Source of the DNA: Micavibrio sp.
Lineage (GTDB): Bacteria; Pseudomonadota; Alphaproteobacteria; Micavibrionales; UBA9664
Assembly (NCBI GenBank): GCA_002699085.1
Contig: PAAR01000028.1
Span: 80,588 to 144,587, forward strand
DNA length: 64,000 bases
Direction: 5' to 3'
The number at the start of each line of letters is the position of its first letter. Position 1 is the first letter of the stretch. Below, in pieces: positions 29,532 to 40,753 of the stretch. The notes under the pieces were generated by a model that worked only from the letters and a program-made list of their open reading frames with translations, made no database searches and was not told the DNA's origin. Both the position numbers and the translations under genes were made by a program.

Positions 29532-31646
29532 ATGTTAGATATACTTTCTCAATATGAACTATACGAGATTGCTGTTATCGGTGGCGGTGTGCTTGCACTT
29601 CTTTACGCATTATATGCGGTGCAAAGTGTTCTGTCTGCTGAGACAGGCAATAAAAAAATGATGGAGATAGCTTCCGCTATTCAAGAAGGTGCACAGGCCT
29701 ATTTGAATAGACAATATGCAACCATTGCATTGGTCGGTATTGTTGTGGCAGTGGCCTTGGGCTATTTCCTCGGCACACATACAGGTATTGGCTTTGTTGT
29801 GGGTGCGGTGCTTTCTGGTATTGCGGGCTATGCAGGGATGCATGTGTCGGTACGTGCCAATGTGCGTACAACACAAGCCGCCACAAAAGGTTTGCCACAA
29901 GCATTGAATGTATCATTCAAAGCGGGTGCGGTGACTGGTATGTTGGTTGTTGGTCTTGGTCTGTTAGGTGTTGGTATCTATTACATGGTGCTGCTCAATA
30001 TGGATTATGAAATGCGTCAAGTATTAGAAGGCCTCGTTGGTCTTGGTTTTGGTGCATCACTGATTTCAATCTTTGCACGTCTTGGCGGCGGTATCTTTAC
30101 AAAAGGTGCTGATGTTGGGGCTGATCTAGTTGGTAAAGTTGAAGCAGGTATTCCAGAAGATGATCCTCGTAATCCAGCGGTTATTGCTGACAATGTTGGT
30201 GACAATGTTGGTGATTGTGCGGGTATGGCGGCTGATTTATTTGAAACATATGCTGTAACAGTTGTTGCAACAATGTTGATTGCTTTCAGTCTGTTTGCAG
30301 GGGATACAGCAGCTCATTTCATGGCGTTGCCACTTATTATTGGTGGTGTATGTATTGTTGGATCAATCATCGGTACATTCTTTGTCAAGCTAGGCAAAGG
30401 CAGCCAAAACATCATGGGTGCACTCTATAAAGGGTTAGTTGTAACGGCAGGTCTTTCTGCTGCGGCGATTTATTACCTTTTGGAGTCATTTGGCTGGACA
30501 ACATCATATGAAACAGTTGGTGGCCTTGTCTTTGACAACAAAGATATAATGACATGTGTTGCAACAGGATTTGGTTTAACAGGTCTTATTATTTGGGTGA
30601 CTGAATATTACACCTCAACTGAGTTTCGTCCTGTTCGTTCAGTCGCAAAAGCGTCTGAAACAGGTCACGGTACAAATGTAATCCAAGGCTTGGCTGTGTC
30701 TATGGAAGCAACAGCTTTACCAGTAATTTTCATTGCGATAGCGATTTTCTTATCGTTTAGCCATGCAGGTCTATATGGTATTGCGATCGCTGCGACAACA
30801 ATGTTGTCTGTGGCGGGTGTGATTGTTGCTTTAGACGCATATGGTCCTGTGACTGATAATGCTGGCGGTATTGCTGAAATGGCGAATTTACCTGCAAAAG
30901 TACGTGTTGTAACAGACACATTGGATGCGGTAGGTAACACCACTAAGGCTGTAACAAAAGGTTATGCGATTGGTTCGGCTGGTTTAGCGGCACTTGTATT
31001 GTTTGCTGCTTATACAGAAGAGCTGAAGCATTACTTGCCTGATCTGAACATCTCTTTCCCATTGCAAGACCCATATGTTGTGATTGGTCTGTTTGTGGGT
31101 GGATTGTTGCCATATCTCTTTGGTGCTATGTCGATGACAGCGGTAGGTCGTGCAGCGGCTTCTGTTGTGATTGAAGTGCGTCGTCAGTTCAAAGAAATCA
31201 AAGGGATTATGACAGGTAAAGGAAAGCCTGAATATGGTCGTGCGGTTGATCTACTGACAAAATCAGCAATCAAAGAAATGGTCTTACCATCACTATTACC
31301 AGTGGCGGCACCTGTTGTTCTATTCGGTGTGATTTATTACGTAGCGGGTATGACAGCGGCATTCCAAACTTTGGGTGCAATGTTACTTGGCACAATCGTA
31401 ACAGGTCTTTTCGTAGCACTTTCTATGACTGCCGGTGGTGGTGCATGGGATAATGCGAAAAAGTATATCGAAGAAGGCAACCACGGCGGTAAAGGCTCAG
31501 AAGCGCATAAAGCGGCGGTAACTGGCGACACTGTTGGCGATCCTTACAAAGATACATCAGGTCCTGCGGTAAACCCATTGATTAAGATCACAAATATTGT
31601 GGCTCTACTAGTCGTGGCTTTAGCGGCAAAATATCTGGTTGGATAA
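29532..31646 (+). CDS. hppA: membrane-bound proton-translocating pyrophosphatase, K+-independent type
   Basis: 704 aa, polytopic. [19 protein letters not shown] and [16 protein letters not shown] motifs. A Lys in GNTTKA is the reported marker of K+-independent enzymes. Confidence 0.95.
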   Translation: MLDILSQYELYEIAVIGGGVLALLYALYAVQSVLSAETGNKKMMEIASAIQEGAQAYLNRQYATIALVGIVVAVALGYFLGTHTGIGFVVGAVLSGIAGYAGMHVSVRANVRTTQAATKGLPQALNVSFKAGAVTGMLVVGLGLLGVGIYYMVLLNMDYEMRQVLEGLVGLGFGASLISIFARLGGGIFTKGADVGADLVGKVEAGIPEDDPRNPAVIADNVGDNVGDCAGMAADLFETYAVTVVATMLIAFSLFAGDTAAHFMALPLIIGGVCIVGSIIGTFFVKLGKGSQNIMGALYKGLVVTAGLSAAAIYYLLESFGWTTSYETVGGLVFDNKDIMTCVATGFGLTGLIIWVTEYYTSTEFRPVRSVAKASETGHGTNVIQGLAVSMEATALPVIFIAIAIFLSFSHAGLYGIAIAATTMLSVAGVIVALDAYGPVTDNAGGIAEMANLPAKVRVVTDTLDAVGNTTKAVTKGYAIGSAGLAALVLFAAYTEELKHYLPDLNISFPLQDPYVVIGLFVGGLLPYLFGAMSMTAVGRAAASVVIEVRRQFKEIKGIMTGKGKPEYGRAVDLLTKSAIKEMVLPSLLPVAAPVVLFGVIYYVAGMTAAFQTLGAMLLGTIVTGLFVALSMTAGGGAWDNAKKYIEEGNHGGKGSEAHKAAVTGDTVGDPYKDTSGPAVNPLIKITNIVALLVVALAAKYLVG

Positions 31647-31660
31647 GTAAGTGTAAATTT

Positions 31661-31711
31661 GTCATACCCGCCTTGTGCGGGTATCCGGACCCTCGCATAA
31701 AGCGGGGTGAC
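31661..31711 (+). repeat. REP/BIME-like double-hairpin palindromic element, copy A (after hppA)
   Basis: gtcatacccgccttgtgcgggtatccggaccctcgcataaagcggggtgac. It has two stem-loops bracketed by gtcat...(g)tgac and is similar to copy B at 36450..36501. Confidence 0.75.
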
Positions 31712-31720
31712 AGTATTGAG

Positions 31721-31748
31721 AAAAAGCCCCTTCATTGGGGCTTTTTTT
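31721..31748. terminator. bidirectional intrinsic terminator shared by hppA (+) and folD (-)
   Basis: aaaaagcccc-ttcatt-ggggcttttttt. An A-run and a T-run flank a GC stem. The folD stop codon lies in the T-run. Confidence 0.8.
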
Positions 31749-32586
31749 ATAGACTGTTTTTATATGCTTTAAGGGTATTCGCTAAAAGACATGCGATTGT
31801 CATCGGGCCGACACCACCTGGGACAGGGGTTATGGCGAGAGCCGTTTCTTTTGCGGCTTCAAAGTCAACATCGCCACATATAGAGTTATCATTAAGGCGA
31901 TTAATACCGACATCAATAATGATAGCGCCAGATTTGATCCAGTCGCCTTTAACCATAGCAGGACGCCCAACAGCTGCGACTAATATATCGGCTTGTTGGC
32001 AAATGGATTTGAGGTCTTTGGTTTTTGAGTGAGCGGTTGTGACGGTGCAGTTTTCCTGTAGTAGAAGCTGTGCCATTGGTTTGCCGAATAAGAGTGAGCG
32101 CCCAATCACCACAGCATGTAAGCCTGTAAGATCCTTCTTGACCGATTGAATGAGTTTTAAAGAACCTTGAGGGGTGCAGGGTACAAGGCCGTCTTCCCCT
32201 GTGACAAGACGCGCTATATTGTGATAGGTAAGACCGTCAACATCCTTAGCAGGGTTAATCATTTGGATTAGCTTATCGCTATTAAGGTGCTTTGGCAGTG
32301 GGAGCTGTAAAAGAATACCGTGTACTGATTTATCATTGTTGAGGGTTTGAATCGTGGCAGCAACATCTTCTTCTGAAGCGTCTGCAGCTAACCGTTTTTC
32401 GATAGAGACCATGCCGACTTCTTCAGTGGTTTTTATTTTTTTAGCAACATAGATTTGGCTGGCTGGATCATCGCCGACAAGGATAACCGCTAAGCCTGGT
32501 TTAGACGGTAGTTTTGTGACCTCCTGTGCAATGCTTTGTCTTAACTGGGCAGCAATCTTACGACCATCTATGCGTTGAGCAGTCAT
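31747..32586 (-). CDS. folD: bifunctional methylenetetrahydrofolate dehydrogenase/methenyl-THF cyclohydrolase
   Basis: 279 aa. [15 protein letters not shown] and [10 protein letters not shown] motifs. Confidence 0.95.
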   Translation of the reverse strand: MTAQRIDGRKIAAQLRQSIAQEVTKLPSKPGLAVILVGDDPASQIYVAKKIKTTEEVGMVSIEKRLAADASEEDVAATIQTLNNDKSVHGILLQLPLPKHLNSDKLIQMINPAKDVDGLTYHNIARLVTGEDGLVPCTPQGSLKLIQSVKKDLTGLHAVVIGRSLLFGKPMAQLLLQENCTVTTAHSKTKDLKSICQQADILVAAVGRPAMVKGDWIKSGAIIIDVGINRLNDNSICGDVDFEAAKETALAITPVPGGVGPMTIACLLANTLKAYKNSL

Positions 32587-32587
32587 C

Positions 32588-32872
32588 TTAATAGCTCAAG
32601 AATAATTGAATGATAATGCCTTTAAGCAAGATAATGCCGAAAATAACGATCATAGGGGTGATATCAATACCCCCTAATGGCGGAATAAAACGACGTAAAG
32701 GTCTGTATACTGGTTCAGTCGCTTTTTCTAATAGTCGCACTAAATTACCAGCTTGAGGATTATTTGTGTTTAAGACACCAAAGGCTATCAGCCAGCTAAT
32801 TGCGACTGAAATGATGATGATCCACATATACAGATCAAGACCTAACAGTAATAGTTTTCCGATAAATGACAT
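32588..32872 (-). CDS. yggT: YggT-family membrane protein
   Basis: 94 aa with two TM segments and [16 protein letters not shown], the typical YggT motif. Confidence 0.7.
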   Translation of the reverse strand: MSFIGKLLLLGLDLYMWIIIISVAISWLIAFGVLNTNNPQAGNLVRLLEKATEPVYRPLRRFIPPLGGIDITPMIVIFGIILLKGIIIQLFLSY

Positions 32873-32940
32873 TTTGTTAACCCTTCATAAAGTTGTTCGG
32901 TTTATTTTAATAGTAATTCATATAGAATAAAGATGAAATT

Positions 32941-33627
32941 ATGTTTGTTTTCGACCCGTTGGGCATCATTTTTGCAGGATATTTTGAACTGGCACAAGGG
33001 TTTTCTTTGGCTAATGCATCAGCGTGTAAAGCGGAAACGAAGCCGAAAATTGTTGTTACTGCTGCAACTAAAGATATTCGCTATGATTTTTCAAAATCAA
33101 AAAAAGATCTAGCAGATCAGAAAATTGATACTGTTTCACCTTATAGCCATAGCCAATCAGTTTATATCGGCGGGTTAATGAATGGCCAGATTGAAATGAA
33201 ATCAAATGTGAAACTTGCATGGTCAACCCAGACCGTGACACGTCAGAGCTGTTTCTGGTATGAGGAAGTTAATATCCATATGGAGATTGACCCAACAATT
33301 TTAGTGGCGCGAGAATTTCCAAGAGATAGTTGTGAGTACAAAGAAATCCTCAACCATGAGAATAAGCACATAGTTGTTGATCGGTTCATTGTTAAGAAAT
33401 ATCGCAAGCTGATGGAAGATTATTTAACGCAGCTTATGCAACAGGCTCAAGCCTATGGCCCAGTTCATGCCAATAAGACACCTGTCGTGCGTAAAGAAAT
33501 GACAGCCTATATTGAAGCCGCCGTGAATAAAGTTTCAGATGCTATGCATACAGAAAGACGCCAAAGACAGCAAGCGGTTGATAGCCGTGAAGAGTATGAT
33601 CGTGTGTCTGCGGCGTGCAAAAAATAG
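32941..33627 (+). CDS. DUF922-like predicted zinc metallopeptidase
   Basis: 228 aa. HENKH (HExxH) in a DUF922-like context, with a hydrophobic N-terminus ending ASAC. Confidence 0.5.
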   Translation: MFVFDPLGIIFAGYFELAQGFSLANASACKAETKPKIVVTAATKDIRYDFSKSKKDLADQKIDTVSPYSHSQSVYIGGLMNGQIEMKSNVKLAWSTQTVTRQSCFWYEEVNIHMEIDPTILVAREFPRDSCEYKEILNHENKHIVVDRFIVKKYRKLMEDYLTQLMQQAQAYGPVHANKTPVVRKEMTAYIEAAVNKVSDAMHTERRQRQQAVDSREEYDRVSAACKK

Positions 33628-33689
33628 GACTGGTTTTTACATTGCAATCAAATACACTATATTAACAGGTATAACCAAAGGATAAGGCT

Positions 33690-36440
33690 ATGACAGTTAC
33701 AGGACATGACACGTTAAATACAAAGCGCACACTTAAAGTAGGTAGTAAGGAATATACTTATTACTCTTTAAAAGAGGCGGAAAAGCAATTGGGTGATATT
33801 TCCAAACTGCCATTCTCGCTTAAAGTATTATTAGAAAATTTATTGCGTTTTGAAGATGGTCAGTCTGTCACGACAGATGATATCAAAGCGATCGTTGCGT
33901 GGCTTAAAGATAAGAAAAGCGATGCTGAAATTGCGTATCGTCCCGCTCGTGTTTTGTTACAAGACTTTACAGGTGTGCCAGCGGTTGTTGATTTGGCGGC
34001 GATGCGTGAGGCCGTGATTAAAATCGGCGGTGATGCTCAGGCTATTAATCCACTATCAGCAGTAGACCTTGTTATCGACCATTCAGTTATGGTTGATGAG
34101 TTTGGTAATGCCGCTGCTTTTCAAGCCAATGTCGATTTTGAGTTTGAGCGTAATGCTGAGCGTTATGAGTTTTTGAAATGGGGGTCTAAAGCTTTCAATA
34201 ATTTCCGTGTTGTGCCACCTGGAACAGGGATTTGTCACCAAGTAAATTTAGAATATCTGGGTCAAACTGTTTGGGTTGAAAAAGACCAAAATGGTGTTGA
34301 AGTTGCTTATCCAGATACATTGGTGGGAACAGACTCTCACACGACAATGATTAATGGCCTTGCCGTGCTTGGCTGGGGTGTTGGTGGTATTGAGGCAGAG
34401 GCGGCGATGCTTGGCCAGCCAGTATCAATGGTTATTCCAGAAGTCGTGGGCTTTAAATTAACAGGTAAGCTTAAAGAGGGCTCAACAGCGACTGACCTTG
34501 TGTTAACGGTGACAGAAATGCTGCGTAAGCAAGGTGTGGTTGGTAAATTTGTTGAATTTTATGGCGATGGTTTGGACCATATGACGTTGGCTGATCGTGC
34601 GACAATTTCAAATATGGCACCTGAATATGGTGCAACATGTGGTTTTTTTCCAATTGATGATGAGACATTAAACTATCTTCGTTTCACAGGGCGTGATGAA
34701 GAGCGTGTTAAACTGGTAGAGGCCTATGCGAAAGAACAAGGTATGTGGCGTGAAAAGGGCCATGAGCCAGTGTTTACAGCAACACTATCGCTTGATATGA
34801 GCACGGTAGAGCCGTCATTGGCTGGGCCTAAGCGTCCACAAGACCGTATTACATTATCGAATGTGACACAGTCTTTTGAAAACCTTATGGCTAAATCAAC
34901 AGGTGTCGATCCTGTGGGGGCTGAAGGGGCGATGATGTCCGAAGGTGGCGAATTAGCAGACTATGAAATGCGCCGTGCCAGCCAAAAAGGTGTTAAAGTT
35001 GTGGGTGCTGATTATGATTTACACCATGGTGATGTGGTTATTGCAGCGATTACAAGTTGTACAAACACATCAAACCCATCGGTGATGGTTGCGGCTGGTT
35101 TAGTCGCTAAAAAGGCCGTTGAAAAAGGTTTGGATGTTAAGCCTTGGGTTAAAACGTCTTTAGCGCCTGGCTCACAAGTTGTGACAGATTATCTCGAAAA
35201 AGCAGGTTTACAAGATTACCTTAATCAAATTGGCTTTAACCTCGTTGGTTACGGCTGTACGACCTGTATTGGTAATTCTGGCCCCTTGCCTGGTCCAATT
35301 GGTAAAGCGGTTGAAGAAGGTGATCTCACAGTTTCAGCTGTTCTTTCTGGAAACAGAAATTTTGAAGGCCGTGTAAGTCCCCATGTGAAGGCAAACTACT
35401 TGGCATCGCCACCTTTGGTTGTCGCTTATGCGCTGGCTGGTTCTGTGCGTAAAGACATTACCAAAGAGTCTTTAGGTAAAGATAAAGATGGCAACGATGT
35501 TTATTTGAAAGACATTTGGCCAACAGCTAAGGAAATTCAAGAAACAATCCAATATTGCTTAACGCCTGCTATGTTTAAGGAGCGCTATGATAATGTGTTC
35601 TTAGGCACGAAGGAGTGGCAAGCGGTTGGTGCAGATAATGCTTCTGAAACCTATGATTGGCAAGGCAGTTCAACCTATATCAAAAATCCGCCATTCTTTG
35701 CGAATATGAATAAAATGCCGAGCAAGGGTGAAGAAATTAAAGGTGCACGTGCATTGGCATTATTTGGTGACTCAATCACAACCGACCATATTTCACCCGC
35801 TGGTGCGATTAAGAAAGATTCGCCTGCGGGTCGCTATTTGATGGAAAACGGTGTTGAGCCTGCCGAGTTTAATTCCTATGGTTCACGTCGTGGGAATCAC
35901 GAGGTTATGATGCGTGGCACATTTGCTAATATTCGTATTAAAAACGATATGCTGGATGGTGTAGAAGGTGGTTACACTAAATACATCCCAACAGGCGAGC
36001 AAATGGCCATCTATGATGCAGCGATGAAATATGAGCAAGATGGTACGCCTCTTGTGGTTTTTGCTGGCAAGGAATATGGTACGGGCTCATCACGTGACTG
36101 GGCAGCAAAAGGCACGACTTTATTAGGTGTTAAGGCTGTTATTACTGAAAGCTTTGAGCGTATTCACCGCTCGAACTTGATTGGTATGGGTGTTTTACCG
36201 CTGCAATTTAAAAATGGCCAGACATGGAAAGGCCTTAAATTAACAGGCGAAGAAACTTTTGATCTCAAAGGCTTCGAGGCAGGTGTTAAACCAAGACAAG
36301 ATGTCGCTTTGACGATTCATCGTAAAGATGGTTCAAAAGATGAGGTAACGCTTTTGGCACGGATTGATACGATTGATGAGGCAAATTACTATATCAACTC
36401 TGGTATTTTGCATTACGTATTGCGTAATATTGCCGCATAA
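33690..36440 (+). CDS. acnA: aconitate hydratase A
   Basis: 916 aa. Fe-S ligand motifs [10 protein letters not shown] and [11 protein letters not shown], plus DSHTTM. Confidence 0.95.
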   Translation: MTVTGHDTLNTKRTLKVGSKEYTYYSLKEAEKQLGDISKLPFSLKVLLENLLRFEDGQSVTTDDIKAIVAWLKDKKSDAEIAYRPARVLLQDFTGVPAVVDLAAMREAVIKIGGDAQAINPLSAVDLVIDHSVMVDEFGNAAAFQANVDFEFERNAERYEFLKWGSKAFNNFRVVPPGTGICHQVNLEYLGQTVWVEKDQNGVEVAYPDTLVGTDSHTTMINGLAVLGWGVGGIEAEAAMLGQPVSMVIPEVVGFKLTGKLKEGSTATDLVLTVTEMLRKQGVVGKFVEFYGDGLDHMTLADRATISNMAPEYGATCGFFPIDDETLNYLRFTGRDEERVKLVEAYAKEQGMWREKGHEPVFTATLSLDMSTVEPSLAGPKRPQDRITLSNVTQSFENLMAKSTGVDPVGAEGAMMSEGGELADYEMRRASQKGVKVVGADYDLHHGDVVIAAITSCTNTSNPSVMVAAGLVAKKAVEKGLDVKPWVKTSLAPGSQVVTDYLEKAGLQDYLNQIGFNLVGYGCTTCIGNSGPLPGPIGKAVEEGDLTVSAVLSGNRNFEGRVSPHVKANYLASPPLVVAYALAGSVRKDITKESLGKDKDGNDVYLKDIWPTAKEIQETIQYCLTPAMFKERYDNVFLGTKEWQAVGADNASETYDWQGSSTYIKNPPFFANMNKMPSKGEEIKGARALALFGDSITTDHISPAGAIKKDSPAGRYLMENGVEPAEFNSYGSRRGNHEVMMRGTFANIRIKNDMLDGVEGGYTKYIPTGEQMAIYDAAMKYEQDGTPLVVFAGKEYGTGSSRDWAAKGTTLLGVKAVITESFERIHRSNLIGMGVLPLQFKNGQTWKGLKLTGEETFDLKGFEAGVKPRQDVALTIHRKDGSKDEVTLLARIDTIDEANYYINSGILHYVLRNIAA

Positions 36441-36449
36441 ATTGCCTTT

Positions 36450-36501
36450 GTCATGCCCGCTTTATGCGGGCATCTGGATCCCCGTATAAAACGGGGATGA
36501 C
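36450..36501 (+). repeat. REP/BIME-like double-hairpin palindromic element, copy B (after acnA)
   Basis: gtcatgcccgctttatgcgggcatctggatccccgtataaaacggggatgac. Same architecture as copy A, with paired substitutions that keep the stems. Confidence 0.75.
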
Positions 36502-36504
36502 TAT

Positions 36505-37389
36505 TTATGCTTTCGCTTGGGCGCGTTCAACTTCTTTGATAATGAGGTCAAATTCAGGCATATCTGGACGATAGCGGACATCATATGTTTTGTTAAACAT
36601 ATCGATTTCTAGGCTATGATTGCGAATGATTTTGAGGGCGTCTTGTTGTTGTTTATGTTCTGCGTCGCCTGTCTTAACAATGCCTTTTGTAATGCGGCTA
36701 TTGATAAAGCCTACTTTAAAACAGAGGTTTAGGCCTTCTAAAAAAGCGGCCGCTGTATGAATGCCGTCAGTTATCTTAGGGTTTTGGCTGTTAGGCTTTT
36801 TTGATTTGACGGCCGTAAAGTTAAAAGTCCGTGTTTGGCGCATATTACGCTCGATAATGCCGCAACGTACACGATCTTCTGCACTATGGGCAACGAGTGC
36901 AATCGTTGATAAATGGTCAATGGCGATATCTTTGCCTGCTTTGTGAAAGACTTGTTCGGCCATGGCGACAGCAAAATCATATTCATCTTCATTTTTAACA
37001 TCGCATTGTTCGATAACGTCTAAGAATGGGTGTGAATTACCCCATGAATAGATTTTTTTTCCATTAAAATACACAGCAATCCAATCTTCGGGAATGTATT
37101 TACGGGTGAAGCTGCTTTGTAAATCGGCATAAGTTTCTTCGAAATTGAATTTGTCTCCACGGTTCATAAAGGGGCCTAATTTGTTAAAATTAGTAATCAT
37201 CACAGCACCAAGGCGAGCGACTTCATGCATAAATTTGCCACGGATGATAAATGTCTCTTGTAGTAAGCCGCTTTCATCACGCAAAGGCAATGTCATACGG
37301 TTTGAGCCGACAATAATATTGTCACGGTCATTTTGCGTTTCACGAACTGTAAATTTTTCGCGTAAGATTGAGATATTCGTGTCAGACAT
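36505..37389 (-). CDS. hypothetical protein, no family recognised
   Basis: 294-aa uninterrupted ORF. No signal peptide, TM segment or motif recognised. A weak SD is present. Confidence 0.5.
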   Translation of the reverse strand: MSDTNISILREKFTVRETQNDRDNIIVGSNRMTLPLRDESGLLQETFIIRGKFMHEVARLGAVMITNFNKLGPFMNRGDKFNFEETYADLQSSFTRKYIPEDWIAVYFNGKKIYSWGNSHPFLDVIEQCDVKNEDEYDFAVAMAEQVFHKAGKDIAIDHLSTIALVAHSAEDRVRCGIIERNMRQTRTFNFTAVKSKKPNSQNPKITDGIHTAAAFLEGLNLCFKVGFINSRITKGIVKTGDAEHKQQQDALKIIRNHSLEIDMFNKTYDVRYRPDMPEFDLIIKEVERAQAKA

Positions 37390-37463
37390 ATGCGTGTTAA
37401 ACCTATAAGAGCTAATTTTAACCAGTATACAGTTTTAAGCCAAAAATAACAGAGGCTTATTGT

Positions 37464-38201
37464 TTAAGGCTTTAATAGGGCTCTTGTGTCTACTGTTAAC
37501 GAAACATCTGACTCACCAGGTTCGGCAGAGGGTGCAGCCATACCTTTCATCTCTATTCCGTCTGCCATAGCGTAGCTACGCATTACCTGTGGGCGGGCAT
37601 AGCCGTTTCCTTGAACATTCACCTCGACAAATGTGATTCCAGTTTTACCCAAAGTTTTGGCGGCTTGGTCGGCACGTACTTGTAACTTTTTCAGTGCATC
37701 TGTTACCAATTCATTGGTCACTTGCTCGAATAATTCAGGCGATAATGTGTAGCTTAGGTTTTGCAGGTCTAGCTTACTGTCTTGTAAGGCACCAACGAGA
37801 TCAAGTAGAGCAGCAGAGTCTTTGCTTTTAATCTCAATACTTTGTTGGGCACGCCATCTGCGACGGTCATCTTTTGTCAGATTTGGTACAGTAGGAGGAA
37901 GCGTGAATTCATATATGCGGTAGCCTTGTGTTGCATATTTCACAGCATCGACTTTCTTGATGGTATCAAGAGCGGCTTTGATATTTGTATTTACTTCATT
38001 TTGAAGGGCACGTTTATCAAGGCCTTCTGCTGTATATTGTAATGTCGCAACCAATAAATCTTGTGGTACTTGGCGTGTTTCTGTGGCGGAGATATTCAAT
38101 AATGTCTCACCATCACGCAATTCGGTCAGGTCAAAACTATTTTGAGCATTTGCTGCCGAAAATGGCAAAACAAGTAAACATAGGGCAATCAATAAACGCA
38201 T
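37464..38201 (-). CDS. SIMPL/DUF541-family periplasmic protein (BP26-like)
   Basis: 245 aa with signal peptide ...FSAANA and SIMPL-like repeats. Confidence 0.65.
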   Translation of the reverse strand: MRLLIALCLLVLPFSAANAQNSFDLTELRDGETLLNISATETRQVPQDLLVATLQYTAEGLDKRALQNEVNTNIKAALDTIKKVDAVKYATQGYRIYEFTLPPTVPNLTKDDRRRWRAQQSIEIKSKDSAALLDLVGALQDSKLDLQNLSYTLSPELFEQVTNELVTDALKKLQVRADQAAKTLGKTGITFVEVNVQGNGYARPQVMRSYAMADGIEMKGMAAPSAEPGESDVSLTVDTRALLKP

Positions 38202-38264
38202 AAACTTCCTCCAAAGTGATTTTGTTTAATATAGGACTTAGAGGCGTGCTGGTCTAGGGGGATT

Positions 38265-38798
38265 TTAAAGATGCGTTACATAGACTTCGCGTGGGCTGCC
38301 ATATAACTTGATTTCTAATGGGTTGGTAATGCTCTCAGCTTTTTGAAAGCCAAAGCGGCGCATCACGGCAATAGAGCTTTTATTAGTGGGATCAGCAGTG
38401 CCATAAAAATTTTTAACGCCAAATTTTTGTGCATATGCCGTAAGGCAGGTGTCGAGTACTTCCTGCGGAAATTTTTTGCCCCAAAAATGCGGATGCAGGA
38501 AGCCTGTTACTTCTGCGCCGTATTCAGATAAACGACTTAATAAATGGTCATTACCTAGTGAAAAGCAGCCAATGACTGTGTTGGTCGATTTTAGAACAGC
38601 GGCTAAAGCCAATAGAACAGTGCCTCTTGAGGCATCTTCATTGTGTAATTCTATATATTTTCGTAAAAACTTAGCGGCATTATTGGCGGCATATTCCGCA
38701 TCTAGATAATAAAAACGTGGGTGATCGAAAATAGACTGGATGTCTGTTTCATCATCAGTCTTTAAAGGTCGAATAATCAGACGTGTTGTTTCTATCAT
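38265..38798 (-). CDS. GNAT-family N-acetyltransferase (RimJ/RimL-like)
   Basis: 177 aa. N-terminal TTRLIIRPLKTDD and C-terminal N..S..VMRRFGF pattern. Confidence 0.7.
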   Translation of the reverse strand: MIETTRLIIRPLKTDDETDIQSIFDHPRFYYLDAEYAANNAAKFLRKYIELHNEDASRGTVLLALAAVLKSTNTVIGCFSLGNDHLLSRLSEYGAEVTGFLHPHFWGKKFPQEVLDTCLTAYAQKFGVKNFYGTADPTNKSSIAVMRRFGFQKAESITNPLEIKLYGSPREVYVTHL

Positions 38799-38845
38799 TA
38801 CTTGGATAGTGTATGCGGAATATTTGCTTAGGTCTATCGTCTATT

Positions 38846-38902
38846 CTGGATCCCTGCCTTCCACCTTCGCCAAGGCTTCGGTGGACAGGTCGCAGGGATA
38901 AC
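38846..38902 (+). repeat. mosaic variant of the palindromic element (between lepA and the GNAT gene)
   Basis: ctggatccctgc[cttccaccttcgccaaggcttcggtggacaggtc]gcagggataac. It shares the ctggatccc...gggatRac arms with copy B and carries a nested inner hairpin tccacc...ggtgga. Confidence 0.6.
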
Positions 38903-38940
38903 GTATTCGTAAAAGCTCACTTTGTTCGCTAACGACTGTG

Positions 38941-40743
38941 TTACTTATCATCACCCATTTTTAGGGCGTCGATGAAGGCTGATTGCGGGATAGAGACATT
39001 GCCGTATTCACGCATTTTGGCTTTACCTTTTTTCTGCTTCTCGAGCAGCTTTTTCTTACGGGTAATATCGCCACCATAACATTTGGCGGTGACGTCTTTA
39101 CGCATCGCCGAGACATCTTCACGGGCGATAATCTTGCCGCCAATCGCTGCTTGTATAGCGATTTTGAACATTTGGCGTGGAATAAGGTCTTTTAATCGTT
39201 CGCAAAGCTGGCGGCCACGGCGTTCAGCTTGGTCACGGTGACAAATCATCGATAGGGCATCGACAGGCTCATTATTGACCAGAATATCCATTTTGACGAG
39301 ATTATCTTCTTTGTAGCCATCAAGAGCATAGTCAAAACTGGCATAGCCTTTCGAGATGGATTTGAGACGGTCATAAAAATCAAACACGACTTCATTGAGT
39401 GGCAAGCGGTAAACGATCATCGCACGGTTGCCCGCATAGGTTAGATCTAGCTGTGTGCCACGGCGTTCTTGACAAAGCTGTAACAGGCCGCCCAAATATT
39501 CATCAGGCACTAAAATTGTGGCTTTGATAAGGGGTTCTTCAATGCTTTGAACCTTCACATTGTCAGGCATGTCGACAGGGTTATAGAGATCAATTTGCGT
39601 GCCGTCGGTGAGGTTTATTTTGTAAACCACGCTCGGTGCGGTAGGGATAAGATCAAGATCAAACTCACGGCTTAAACGCTCTTGAATAATCTCCATATGC
39701 AGCAACCCTAAGAAACCGCAGCGGAAACCAAGGCCTAAGGCTTGGGAGTTTTCAGGCTCGAAATGCAGTGAGGCATCGTTAAGTGCTAGACGACCAAGCG
39801 CATCTCGTAAATCTTCGAATTGTCCCGCATCAGCCGGAAAGAGTGAGCAGAAAACCATTGGGATAGACGGCTTGAAACCTGCTAAAGCTTTGTCGCATGG
39901 GTTTTTTTCTTCGGTAATTGTGTCACCGACTTTGGTATCGGAAATATCTTTGATACCTGCTGTAATAAAGCCCATTTCACCTGGGTAAAGTGCGTCAATT
40001 TCTACTTTTTTAGGGGTGAAAATACCAACACGGTCGGCATCACGTAAAGCCTTGGCATTAACGAATTTTAGTTTAGCCCCTTTTTTCAAGACACCGTCAA
40101 AGACACGGACAAGAACAACAACGCCTAAATAATTATCATACCAGCTGTCGACCAGCAGCGCTTTTAAAGGTGCGTTTGGATCACCTTTCGGCGCAGGTAG
40201 GCGGGTAACAATCGCTTCTAATAAATCAGGTATACCAAGCCCAGTTTTACCTGAAACCGCAACGGCATCGGTGGCATCTAAACCAATCACATTTTCAATT
40301 TCTTCGGCTGTTTTATCCAGATCAGAGGCAGGTAGATCAACCTTGTTCATCACAGGGATAATATCGTGATTATGGTCAACGGCTTGGTAAACATTGGCCA
40401 GTGTTTGAGCCTCAACGCCTTGTGTACTGTCAACAATAAGTAACGAGCCTTCACAAGCGGCTAAGGAACGTGATACCTCATAAGAGAAATCCACATGGCC
40501 AGGTGTGTCCATGATATTAAGCTGATATGTTTCGCCGTCTTTTGCTTTGTAGTTTAAGCGGACTGTTTGGGCTTTGATAGTGATACCACGTTCACGTTCG
40601 ATATCCATATTATCAAGGACCTGTTCTTTCATCTCACGGTTTTCTAGGCCGCCACAAGTTTGAATGAGGCGGTCAGCCAAAGTAGATTTACCATGGTCGA
40701 TATGGGCGATAATCGCAAAATTTCTGATATTTTCTTGTTTCAT
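38941..40743 (-). CDS. lepA: translation elongation factor 4
   Basis: 600 aa. [14 protein letters not shown] and NKVD GTPase motifs plus the LepA C-terminal domain. Confidence 0.97.
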   Translation of the reverse strand: MKQENIRNFAIIAHIDHGKSTLADRLIQTCGGLENREMKEQVLDNMDIERERGITIKAQTVRLNYKAKDGETYQLNIMDTPGHVDFSYEVSRSLAACEGSLLIVDSTQGVEAQTLANVYQAVDHNHDIIPVMNKVDLPASDLDKTAEEIENVIGLDATDAVAVSGKTGLGIPDLLEAIVTRLPAPKGDPNAPLKALLVDSWYDNYLGVVVLVRVFDGVLKKGAKLKFVNAKALRDADRVGIFTPKKVEIDALYPGEMGFITAGIKDISDTKVGDTITEEKNPCDKALAGFKPSIPMVFCSLFPADAGQFEDLRDALGRLALNDASLHFEPENSQALGLGFRCGFLGLLHMEIIQERLSREFDLDLIPTAPSVVYKINLTDGTQIDLYNPVDMPDNVKVQSIEEPLIKATILVPDEYLGGLLQLCQERRGTQLDLTYAGNRAMIVYRLPLNEVVFDFYDRLKSISKGYASFDYALDGYKEDNLVKMDILVNNEPVDALSMICHRDQAERRGRQLCERLKDLIPRQMFKIAIQAAIGGKIIAREDVSAMRKDVTAKCYGGDITRKKKLLEKQKKGKAKMREYGNVSIPQSAFIDALKMGDDK

Positions 40744-40753
40744 AGACTCTTTA

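Noticed and set aside
31673-32032. 119-aa plus-strand ORF starting inside the palindromic repeat after hppA.
   Set aside because: It begins in the REP-like element, runs through the bidirectional terminator, and is otherwise antisense to folD. It is a shadow ORF.
32873-32940. Searched for ZTP (pfl) riboswitches upstream of yggT-folD, purH and glyA, and for an FMN riboswitch upstream of ribE.
   Set aside because: The leaders are too short (68 nt or less, or direct operon junctions) and lack the conserved GGGUCGUGAC / CCGCCUGGGC-type cores.
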